Shown piece after piece: positions 39,028 through 50,523 of a stretch of 64,000 bases of DNA. Every line of letters starts with the position of its first letter. Position 1 is the stretch's first letter. Source of the stretch: Octopus vulgaris (Eukaryota); assembly GCA_951406725.2 (NCBI GenBank), contig OX597818.1:12338001-12402000 (forward strand), given 5' to 3'. The notes below the pieces were generated by a model, which saw only the letters and a list, made by a program, of their open reading frames with translations, had not been told where the DNA came from and did no database searches. The translations under genes and the position numbers were made by a program.

Positions 39028-42000
39028 CTAGTTTGTGAATCCACCTCTGATACGTGGCACTTGATCAACAAGGGAGTTCGATGCTGCTGCCCGCATCCGT
39101 GTCTCCTGTCGTGAGGTAGGTTCATCTGGGACTCCCAACAAGAAGAGATCCAGTTTAGTTTTAAAGAAACCCACATCCACACCATGTAAGTCTCTCAGGC
39201 ATTTAGGGAGGATGTTAAAGAGCTGTGGTCCTCTGAAACCCAAGCTGTTGCAGTATCTGGACCTGTATTTTGATGGTGATGTTGGAATCCTTGGCACCAC
39301 GCAGCGGCGCCCCGTTCTGCGGTTGGAGTAACTTTGAATGCCAAAGTTTGGGACAAGACCCTCCAGGATTTTCCAGATGTATATCACTGCATATCTCTCC
39401 CGCCTCCGCTCCAGGGAGAAGAGTTTTAATACCTTCAGTCTTTCCCAGTAGCTGACATTTTGCATTGAGACGATTTTCTTTGTGTAGCTTCTCTGAGTTG
39501 CTTCGAGTTCTGCTGTTTGTTATATTGTGTGGTGACCAAAGTTGGGAGCAGTAGTCCAAGCGGCTGAGGACAAATGTTTTCCATAGGACCATCAGTGTCT
39601 CCTTCTCTCTTGTTCTGAAAGTTCGGAGAATCCATCCAGCTAGCCGTCTGCATTTTATCACGAGATTAGCAATATGCATTTGGAAAGATGCATCATTGCT
39701 CATGTCAATGCCCAGGTCACGCACTGATTTTGACTCAGGGATTGCAATTCTTCCTGGGCCAGTGTATCCAGTCTTCACGTCATTTACCTTTGTGTGCCAG
39801 TAGCGCAGGGCCTGGAACTTACCTGCATTAAACTGCATGTTGTTGTCCTCAGCCCACCTGTATATTGTTTCCAGCTCATGTTGCAGATGCGCAATATTTT
39901 CAGGGTTTTGTATTGCGTGGGAGACTTTTGTGTCATCTGCATAGCTAGCAAGGGTGGTCATCGTAGCAACTGAAGGCATGTCTGAAAGGGCCACTATGAA
40001 CATCAGTGGCCCCAAGACAGTGCCCTGTGGGACACCGCTTGTTATTTGCGTTTCCCTGGAGGTGGCTCCATTGATCACAACTGCCTGTTTTCTGTCTTTT
40101 AGGAAGTTGTGCAGCCACTCTCCAAGTTTCCCGCCTATGCCGAGACCACGCAGTTTGTGACAGATCATACCATGGTCGACTTTATCAAAGGCTTTTGCAA
40201 AGTCAAGATATATTACATCCACATTTGAGCCATTTAGTAGCTGTTTCAACACCCAGTCATAGTGTTGCAGGAGCTGTGTTAGGCAGCCTCTACCTGGTCG
40301 AAATCCATGCTGGGTGTCAGACAGTAAGTCATTTTCTTCAAGGAACATGATTAGTTTCTTACGGACTATTCGTTCCATGACTTTGCTGATGTGTGAGGTC
40401 AGAGAGATAGGCCTATAATTTTTAGCATCTGCTCTGCTACCTCCCTTATGGATAGGGCATATTACCCCCTCTTTCAGTTTGACTGGGAGCTTACCACTTG
40501 CAAGAAAGCTCTGAAAAAGAAGCTGTAGCGGTTTTGCAAGGGCTCGTTTGCACGATTTGAGAAGGATCGCTGGGAATCCATCAGGTCCAGCAGCTGAGTT
40601 TGTGTCAATCTCATCAATGGCTAGTGTGATATCATCTTCTTCGATGTTGATGTACTCAATTTTTGTCTCTTTGGCCGCTGGTAAAGTGGCAAAGAATTCT
40701 TCTGGGTTGTTTACTTGCCTGTGTCCTAGAGGTGTAGTGAACACACTTTGGAACTGTTCGTTCAGTATTTCACTTATCCTCGTGGGATTTCCTGTGAGAG
40801 AGCCATCTTTTTGGAAGAGAGGTCCTATTCTCTGGTGCACTGTGGCTGTCTCTTTGGCAAACTTAAAGAAAGCTTTAGGATTTGATTTTATATTTTCTAT
40901 TACCCAAGCTTCTTTATCTGCTCTCTCCTTTTCATGGGACTGATGTAGACTTTTCTCAGTTTCCATTAGCATTCTTTCGAGCCGAGACTTCTCACCACTT
41001 TTGGTGTGCTTGCTCAGGCGGTTTGCAATCCTTGTCCGTCGTCTCATAAGAATCCTCCTTTCTCTAGGGATCCTGTTTTTGTTCTTGTGTGTGCTGGCCC
41101 TGCACATTGGGACATATTTGTCACATATGGCTTGTATTATGGACATGAAGTGTTTGTGTTTCATGTTTATGTCCGGTGTGGAGAGACATTCAGGCCAATC
41201 CTGTTTGAGGATCTCTTTCTCAATCGACTTCCAGTTGGCTTTATGAAAGTTTAAGTTGGAGAGATGGTGGGTGCTTCGTATAGGCTGTGTGTCTGCGGGG
41301 GCTTTTGTTCCATACATAGACAGCTCTATTATGTTGTGATCCGAGATCATTGTCGGCATCACATTAACATTATGGATAATATCCATATTGTTTGTGAAGC
41401 AGAGATCCAGTATATTATCTGCCCTTGTTGGTTGCAGAACTATTTGCTCCATGAAAGAGGTATTTGTGAGATGGAGCAGGGACACCACCTGTGCCTGCTG
41501 ATGGTGTGTCATCCCTGGGAGCATCTGCCCCCCAGGCCATTCCACAGTGGGGAGGTTAAAGTCACCCATGAAGAATACACTGTTGTGCTGTTCAAGGTTG
41601 GTGAGGACTTCTCCTATTTTTGTTAGGCAGTCTTCAAACATGCCTGAGTGTTTTGGGGCGTCTGGTGGGCGATATGTAGTGCATATGACGATATTCAGTT
41701 GTCTTATGTGTACAATTTGAGTTTCACATACTGAGTTTGAATATGACAGCAGGACCTGGGGCGTGAGGTCATCTCGGATGTACATTGCAACTCCACCATG
41801 GCTCCTCCCTTTTCTATCTGTGCGTATGACTGCATATTGCGGCATGTGTATTTCTGCATCACCTATATCGGGTTCAAGATGCGTTTCTGTGAGTGCCATG
41901 CATATAGCTTGATTGCATGTCACAAGGTCTCTCAGGAATGAAATTTTCTTTTTACAGTTTCCGCGCAGCAGCCCTCCTACACTCAGTAGAAATATTTTTG

Positions 42001-42037
42001 TGGTGTGTGTGTTGGTGTTGGTGTCTGTGGTGGCCAT
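39028..42037 (-). CDS. LINE ORF2: AP endonuclease + reverse transcriptase, one frameshift near 39520
   Basis: ALTETHL, GDFNLP, SDHNII, YRPISLTS, YLDFAKAFDKVDH, GVPQGTVLGP, YADDTK; C-terminal YWERLKVLKLFSLERRRER in the shifted frame. First ATG at 42037 (the ORF track starts at GTG 42130). Confidence 0.92.
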
Positions 42038-42098
42038 CCTGCATCTGTTGGAGGTGGCCTTATGTGGTGGTAGTTCCAGCTTTGTGCTTGTAGCCAGG

Positions 42099-42878
42099 TC
42101 AGCTGCTGAACAATTTTTTGTGCCATGCACAAAAAAGACTGCTGTTCAGCTGCCCCCTTCTCACATCTGGGTGAAGCTGGCCACCTGTTGGGTTTCCGCG
42201 CACCACATCTGCATACCGTCTTTCAGTAGTGGTCAGTGCGCTTTTTTCCCTTCTTTTAACTTTTTGTTTTTGTTCTCCCTGAGGGAGGGACCTCTGTCTC
42301 GCGTCCGTGCGGTTTTGGTAGGGCCTCCGATGTGCAAAGCGACAGTTTGCACCTTCAACGCCGTACCAGCAGTCCCCCCTCAGGTAGAATTTGCAGGTGT
42401 TTCTTTCCCTGCCCTTACAGTTTTTGCTGGGGTCCCTCTGCTTTCTCTGGACAGGGCTTCCTTTAGCCTTGATTCTGTCACCCTTTACCTCCTGCTTCCC
42501 ATCAATTCCAGGGTGCCTTTCCTTTCTTGCGGCCATCGCACCTCTTTGGTCTTCAGTTGTGGTGTTGGAAGCTGGACATGTGTCATCGTTTCCCTGTGTT
42601 CCAGGCTTCGCCATTTGGCTCTGGATGCTTTCCTCATCCTTTTGGCCCTCCCTGCTGCCGTCACCTCCCAGGATGATGTCCAGGGTGTCCACATGTTGCC
42701 TGATTAGAGCGTACGAACGGATAACTTCTCTCTTCTTTCGCTCTATCTGGGCGGTGGTTCTCGAAAAATTGTTGCTTTTCAGCGCCGCAGCAATAATGTC
42801 GTTCGGCGAGTCGTCCTCAGCGATCTTCCAAGCGCGGACGAACAATTGCACCTCTCTCGCAGACCAGTTTCTTGCCAT
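42099..42878 (-). CDS. LINE ORF1: N-terminal Myb/SANT-like (trihelix) domain and CCCH zinc finger
   Basis: NWSAREVQLFVRAW...IAAALKSNNFSRTTAQIERK and CKFYLRGDCWYGVEGANCRFAH. Confidence 0.78.
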   Translation of the reverse strand: MARNWSAREVQLFVRAWKIAEDDSPNDIIAAALKSNNFSRTTAQIERKKREVIRSYALIRQHVDTLDIILGGDGSREGQKDEESIQSQMAKPGTQGNDDTCPASNTTTEDQRGAMAARKERHPGIDGKQEVKGDRIKAKGSPVQRKQRDPSKNCKGRERNTCKFYLRGDCWYGVEGANCRFAHRRPYQNRTDARQRSLPQGEQKQKVKRREKSALTTTERRYADVVRGNPTGGQLHPDVRRGQLNSSLFCAWHKKLFSS

Positions 42879-43809
42879 TTTCTTCTAGTGAAATATAGGA
42901 ACAGAGAGAGAGATAGAGAAGGAGAGATATGGAGAGGGAGAAGAGAAAGGAGAAAAGCCAGGGGGGGATAGAGAGAGAGACGAGGGGATTGTCCTGAGAG
43001 AAGAGAGAAAGAGAGAAAATAAGAGGGAAAAAAGAGAAAGGTGAAAGAATGGCAGGTCAGCAGGGGGAGAGTGAGCGGGATAGAGGTGTAGTAGAAAGGG
43101 ACAGGGTGGAAAAGTGAGACAAGAGGGTGGACCCTAGGGGGAGCAGGGAGAAGAAAGGCGGAGAGATAAAATGGAGAGGAAGAGAGAGATGAAATGGAGA
43201 GGGAGAGAGAGAGAGAGGGCAGGATAGAGGTACCAGGGAGTGAAGTAAAGGGACAGAGAGGGTGGTGTGGAGGAAGGAGACAGAGAGAGGAAAAAAGAGA
43301 CAGGGGGTGGTGAGCCTTAGAGGGAACAGGGAGAGGAAAGGTAGGAAGAAAAAGGGGGAAGAGGAAGAGAGGGGGCGCAACAGAGTGTAGTAAAGGGACA
43401 GGGAGGGTGGTGTAGAGAAAGAAATAAGGGGACAGAAGGGGAAGAGGAAAAGGGGTTTGACCTGTGAAGGAGCGGAGAGGAAAGAGGCAGAGAGAGGGAG
43501 GGGGAGTAACAGAGAGAGAGAGAGAGAGAGAAAGAGGGCGGTATATAGATACAAGAGAGAATGAGTGAAGTTGAGGAACTGAGAGAGGGGGTGAGGTGAG
43601 AGAAAGTTGATCTGAGAGAGATGCAGAAAGAGAAACGATTACAGAGGGAGAGAGAGGGAGGAGGGAGAGTGAGAGCGGAAATAGAGGGTCTGGTGGATGG
43701 GGAGACAGATAAGGTATAAACTGTATGAGAGAGATAGAAATAGAAATGTAAGAAAGAGAGGGAGAGATTATAAAGATAGAATAGCGCGTATTTTTATATC
43801 TTTTTAATT

Positions 43810-44424
43810 ATTATTGCTCTCAGCTATGGTCACCATCCAGTGTCAAGTTGATCACAGAACTTGAGGCGATCCAACGAAGCTACACAAAGAAGATAGCCTC
43901 TATGCAGAATGTAAGCTACTGGGAAAGACTCAAGAGATTAAAATTATATTCCCTGGAGCGTAGGCGGGAAAGATATGCCATAATATACATCTGGAAGATC
44001 CTGGAGGGAAGTGTCCTGAACTTTGGCATCGAGAGTTACGCAAATGCCAGAACTGGGCGCCACTGCGTGGTGCCTAGGACTCCAAACCTGCCATCAAGAT
44101 GTAGGACAAGATTCTGTGATAGCCTGGGCTTCCGAGGCCCACAGCTCTTCAATATCCTCCCGAAGAACCTGAGAGACCTGCATGGGGTGGATACAGATGT
44201 CTTTAAAATGAAGCTGGATCTCTTCCTGTCAGGTGTCCCAGATGAACCAACTTCACGGCAGGAGGGGCAGATGAGGGCAGCTGCATCGAACTCTCTCATG
44301 CACCAAATAGCAGTTGCTAGAAAGCCTCCATGAAGTGAAACCAAGTAGCAACACCAAATGGCGGTGCCCCAGCATGGCCACAGCTCATAAGCTGAAACTA
44401 GAATCAATCAATCAATCAATCAAT
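43810..44424 (+). mobile_element. 5'-truncated CR1-group LINE of a sister subfamily, with (AATC)n tail
   Basis: ORF 43848-44333 is homologous to the ORF2 C-terminus at 39028-39560. Confidence 0.92.
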
Positions 44425-44428
44425 CATA

Positions 44429-44481
<53 letters not shown>

Positions 44482-46750
44482 ATATGCTTATTTCTCTGTT
44501 TGTCTCCCCAACATCGCTTGACAACCGATGCTGGTATGTTTATGTCTCCATAACTTAGCGGTTCGGCAAAAGAAACCTATAGAATAAGTACTACGCTTAC
44601 AAAGAATAAGTCCTAGAGTCGATTTGCTCGACTGAAGGCGGTGTTCCAGCATGGCTGTAGTCAAATGACTGAAACAAGCAAAAGAGTAATTATTGGTAAC
44701 CTTTTAGTAGATCTTGAGGCTGACATTAACAGTTGAAGATAATTATATTTTCTTCAACTTGCCATGGTTCCTATTCGAATTCAGCTTTTTCTGACACCCA
44801 ACAATGATAATAGGTTTGTTTTGATTAGACATAATATGCGTCCAAGTATCAATTCTACTGTGGTGCAGAGATACGTTAAATGAAATGTAGTAAATGCACA
44901 AATAAGCAACTTAATTAGAAAGCTGATATAGCCTATCATAATTCCGATGACAAAAGGTTTACATCATTATGAATATGAAATCTAAGAGACCATCTAGTGT
45001 TATGTTCATAACAGAGCTTTAATTAATAATGTATTAATAACATTAGTCAAACCCTTATAAAATATCAGAATACAGATGTATTTTACTTCGAACCGGACTA
45101 AAGTGGGTAATATTTCAATAAGTTCCCACTGGTTGCTTTTAACAGATCAGTATAAACCCATTTCGTTTTGATGCAGAGAATAACTACTAGCAGTCGTACC
45201 GCCCACGTCTTTTTCAAGTACATCAGAGCTTACTGCATACTTAAAAGCTGTGGTTAAGTGTCATTCAACATTGATAGGAGACATGAAATTCATTAAGAGC
45301 ACAATCAGCATTTCTATCATAACGTCCTTTGTTAGTTATTCATCTAAGTGTAAACTAAATTAATATTATGACGTTCTTTGTTAGTTGTTCATCTAACTGC
45401 AAAACAATTATTGTCTCATGTATTAGCAGTTTTTCAAAGCTAGTCTTGAAATTTTAAACAGATTATCTAACACATTATCTAACACTAAAGCAAAAGAGAC
45501 CTCTGTGTTTCCCTACTTCAACATGTTCTTAGTTATAATGGCAGTTTTCAAATATTTCTTTTGTCGACATATCGTTCTGAATGAAATGCTATTTGCTTAA
45601 AATATCCGTTGTCAGTGTTTTGTCACTTAATGTACATTGTCTTTTAAACAATATAAATCGGACAACCATGATTATGTTTAATTGTAGCTGTTGCTAGGGA
45701 AACACTTGTATTAGCAATCGATATTGATTATTCTTTATAAGGTTTAAAAAGAAAATGCTTTCCCCACCCTTAACTGGATTACTAACTAAGGCATCTGATA
45801 ATCAAGCATCAAAACATCTAATGATCGAAAACCTCTATACATTCACGTAATTAGTTTTACTACATCCAGTTGCAAAGGGAATACCATTTTCTGCACTACT
45901 GCCTCATGGAAGACAGCACTTTGATTAATTTGTGGCATATTTCTGGTAACAGCACTTGTTAATTCATCTAATAGCGTTCCCTTATATGCAGTTAAGTCCC
46001 ATAAGCCAAACATCTTGTTTTTTTTTCAGTGTTGAATACGAAGAATACATTGCAAATGAGTGGTGTCAGCACTATTAATCAGCAAAAGAAAATATTTTGG
46101 TGCCGCAGGACAGCCACACGCAAAATAGCTGAAACCAGTACGATTGATAAAAGAAAAATGCGTATATGCAATTAATGTCTTCTTATGTAAGAGACACCGG
46201 TAAAATGTGTGTTCAACATCTCAATCTAAAGTAACTTCAGAAATGTAGCTTTAGAAATCAGTTTAATACTCATTCTATTCACAGAATCCTTTCAGATGCT
46301 CTGTTCTGGTTATTGAGGAAATAACTTCTTCACCAGCATACGAAGGAAAATACACAGTGAAAACGATGATGTGACAAAAATGTTAAACTTAGTTAAGACC
46401 GACGAAAAACTTCTTTGCTTAGCATGAAGAATTTGTCTCATCTTGTATATAACTGCTTGCATGCATCATATATATATGTATACATATATTTACGTATATA
46501 CATACACGTACATATATCTAGATAGATAGATATATACATACGTATAACTATCCTATTTCTGTCTGTCTGTCTCTGTCTCTCTGCCCCTCTCTCTCTCTCT
46601 CTGCATGTGTGTGTATGTATATATACACGTAAATAATACATATATATTTATATATAATCATAAAATAAAAGGAAATGGATCTTCATTGGTTTCAACGATG
46701 TGTGCTCTAGCTGTTCGAGCAATTAAACTCTCCAGTCATAGTATTATATC

Positions 46751-46983
46751 TATTTCTTTATTACCCACAAGGGGCTAAACACAGAGGGGACAAACAAGGA
46801 CAGACATAGGTATTAAGTCGATTACATCGACCCCAGTGCGTAACTGGTACTTAATTTATCGACCCCGAAAGGATGAAAGGCAAAGTCGACCTCGGCGGAA
46901 TTTGAACTCAGAACGTAACTTAGACAAAATACCGCTAAGCATTTCGCCCGGCGTGCTAACGTTTCTGCCAGCTCGCCGCCTTA
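46751..46983 (-). mobile_element. SINE family 2, full length, with 13-bp TSD ATAGTATTATATC
   Basis: TSD at 46738-46750 and 46984-46996. Confidence 0.92.
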
Positions 46984-48229
46984 ATAGTATTATATCATAG
47001 TATTATATCGTTATAGTATTATATCGTAGTGGTTTAATATTCCATAAATACATTTATAGGTACACTCCATTCAACAGACTTCAGCAGTTCCAGAAATCCA
47101 ATTCTCTCACATGACGTGGCTCCGTTAGAGGCTATGGCAAACAATAATTAATCACGAGGCCACGCTGTCAGATCGAACACGAAGTCACATGATTGTGAAA
47201 CAAACTTGTTAACTACTTGGTCATATTTGTGCTATATATACATACATAGATGCATGTATGCGTACATATATACATAATTATCACTACTCCATCGAGAAAA
47301 AGTATGCAAGTCCAAGGTGATATACCAAATTAATCCTTTAACTAAGAATGGAATCATTAACTCAGCATAAAACCCAATATTTGTCTAAATATTATGTTCA
47401 AACTACTAGCTGCATGAACCAGTTCTATGATCTCTCTCTCTCTTTCTCACCCGCACACGCACACACACACACGCGCGCACACACACACACAAAACCTTCG
47501 CATGTAAGGTCTCTGAAATTTCACTTTTCTACAAATGAGTGCTATAAATACATGGATATTGAAGACAACGTATCTTACCAAGGTGTTGTAAACAAAGCTG
47601 GTATAAACAAATAAAGATAAATATAACAGCCAGAGGTTTCCATTTATAACGAGACCATATCGCACAATGCATAACACAGCTATCACAGACCATATTAAGA
47701 GGTATACTAACAATAAGAGAATAAAACACGAGAAGGGCCAGGAATATAAACAACAAAAAAGTGCTTTTAATATGATGTTCAAAGAACACGTGTTTCTCCC
47801 CAAAACCACTGTTGTACGATTCAACTCAGATTAAAAAGACAAAACGAAGCCTCTCATAGACCAGACATGACCTTTAATTCAGGACAATGTACGCAAATAT
47901 TTATGAAATAAATAATCTATTCTTTCTTTTTAAAAACAGATATTTGTTATTGTTACAGTAGCATGTTGAAGACAACAAACCCGCAAATATGATTATGGAT
48001 TATGAATTAGTAAAAAATGAATAAGGTCGTTGAATTACGACTGATTAGTAACTGAGTCACTAAAAGCGTTCCAATCATGACTGGAACGCTTGTTTTTGTC
48101 ATAGTGTATATAATACATTATCCAATGTTTTCAATATATATATTTTAAAAAGGCTAGATGTGATCCAAGGTTAAATTCGGTTTCTATTACTAGCAGGATG
48201 AATCGCCTCTAAGAACTTCGTTGGCATAT

Positions 48230-49420
48230 TATGTTCAAGAACTTCTGAAATGGACAATCAACGAATAAATACGTTACAACCGAACTAAAAATTAACAGAG
48301 GAAGTTATTGAACACAGGAAGAAAAGAATTGTTGAATAGAGACTAATCATTCTGAAAGACAAATTAAACTCTGCCGGCGAGGAAATCTGTAACAAAAGTA
48401 ATTAACAGTAATTACAATCGAAATCAAAGGAAACGCTGTACCAATGTTGTTACCAAGATGTAGATACTTGATTGGACGTTAGATGAAATCTAAGATATTC
48501 GTATAGAGTTTGTAAGTGTTAGTCTATTAGTAGAAACATTTTATCTAATATTGGTATTGACTGTCCATATTCAAATCTGATCAGATGACTTTTAAGAAGG
48601 AAAGCGTAACCAAGAAATATAAGACCGGGATAAAAATATGGTGCTCAGAGCTCTCTACTAACAATAATCAGTTAACAAAATTGTGTTGCAGCATCAGTGC
48701 TGGTATCACCATTTCGGCTGCTCAAACAAATGCTAACTCATGTCCGAGTCATTGATTTTAAAATCATAATATGTTAAATATCATCAGAAATTTGCACCTT
48801 AAAAGGGAAATCGAAGTTTTTTTTACTGAAATGAAAACAAGGAGGTTAAGATATTATTTCAAACAGCATTTGGATGTTGCATTATTTCCTTTCAAAAACA
48901 TATTCTAATCACCAAGCACCAAAATGCACCCAAGTATCAAATCTACTTTCATGAAACAACTAGCATAAGAAGTGGTTCATTGAAATGAATCATCTGTCCA
49001 AGATCAGAGATGAACATGCAAAGAAGTTACACAACATCTGCAACAGAAAATCATATGAATGGCATTCTGCTTACCAGCAAGTCATGCACGTCTATATTCT
49101 CAGGAACTTGTGAAAAACATTAAAAGCCAAAGCAGACTGTCTTAGAAAAGCAGCTGACAAGTTAGCTCTCACTTTAAGGTGGGTGTGTCTTTGAAACTGA
49201 AGGACAGGAAATAATGACAGAATAGATGTACATTAATGAAATGGAGATGCACACAAAATATCTAGATATGATAACCCATGCAGACGCAGTGTAAGTAATA
49301 CTGAAGATGTAACCCACATTGTCTGAAAATGTCCTTAAGATGCTATCTGTTAGGCACAATGTTATAGTTAAAATAACTATACAATGCAACCTGTACAAAG
49401 GAGAGTCTTCGCGAGAATAG
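48230..49420 (+). mobile_element. Highly decayed R4/Dong-like LINE (+ strand)
   Basis: Knuckle remnant RYDNPCR..VSNTEDVTHIV*KCP...RH near 49260-49390. Confidence 0.5.
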
Positions 49421-50523
49421 TATAAGGTGTTAAAGAGGTGAGCTGGCAGAAACGTTAATACGCCGGGCGACTTTGCCTTTCATCCTTTCGGGGTCGATAA
49501 ATTAAGTACCAGTTACGCACTGGGGTTGATGTAATCGACTTAATCCCTTTGTCTGTCCTTGTTTGTCCCCTCTGTGTTTAGCCCCTTGTGGGCAATAAAG
49601 AAATAAGAATAGTTAGCACGCCAGATGGGATGTTTAACGGCATTTCGCCCATCTTTACAGTCTGAGTTCAATTTCCGCTCAGGTCGACTTTGACTTACAT
49701 CCTTTCGGGATCAATAAAATAAGTACCAGTTCGACACTGGAGTCGATGTAATAGGTGTACTCTTTCCCCTACAAAACTACTAGCCATGTGCCAAAATTTG
49801 AAACCAATATAAGGAGTTACAGTGATGTGAATGATATACTAGTGTAATGTTTTCTATATGCGACGGGCTTCTTTCAGTTTCCGTCTATGAAATCCACCCA
49901 CAAGGCTTTGGTTGGCCCGAGGCTATTGTAAAAGACAGTTGCCTAAGGGGTCACGCAGTGAGACTGAACTTGGAGCCACGTGGTTGGGAATCAAGCTCCT
50001 TACCACACAGCCACGCCTGCGCCCTTAGATCAATATTTTTTAACAATAAATTTGTTGAACCATTCTAGACAAAATATACACAAAATAATAATAAAAGTAA
50101 GAGAAATCACATAACCATATCGAATAATGAGAACTCTGCAGTGAGTCCACTGGTGATAACTTTAAATTATACATGTATTTATTGCAGCCTGTGGTTATGT
50201 TACCAACTGCCTCAACAGAAACGTATGACTAAGAACTAACTAAAGGTAGAACGAAAATTGCTAATTAGACCAAATCAGAAATTTGAACTCTCAAAATACA
50301 ATTAGAAAATTGAACACTAAATATGTCTTAGTATTTCATATGTTTATTCTATAAAAGACACGTAATCCCGTACAAACATAAAATATATGCATACATATTC
50401 ACACATATAAAACTTACATAGCCAAACCTGCAATGACATGTAAGCTTGCACACTTACGTACATGTGTATTTGCATATTCTCTTTTATTACTGTATAAAGC
50501 CGGTGAGAGAGTAAGCGAACATA

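Larger units (their letters stand above)
38956..43800 (-). mobile_element. Near full-length CR1-group LINE with a CT-rich 5' region of about 900 bp
   Basis: ORF1 plus APE-RT ORF2, short 3' UTR with hairpin and (TTTAAGGA)-like tail. Confidence 0.93.

Noticed and set aside
40548-42888. Long + strand ORFs up to 264 aa (also 16026-16700)
   Set aside because: Antisense shadows of LINE ORFs
38956-44424. Twin-priming inversion of a single LINE
   Set aside because: Both pieces contain the same 3' region, are clearly diverged and have different tails, so they are two insertions
44700-46430. Unique-looking sequence, possible coding remnant, with a 49-bp tandem duplication near 45320-45410
   Set aside because: Short broken frames on both strands and no recognisable motif
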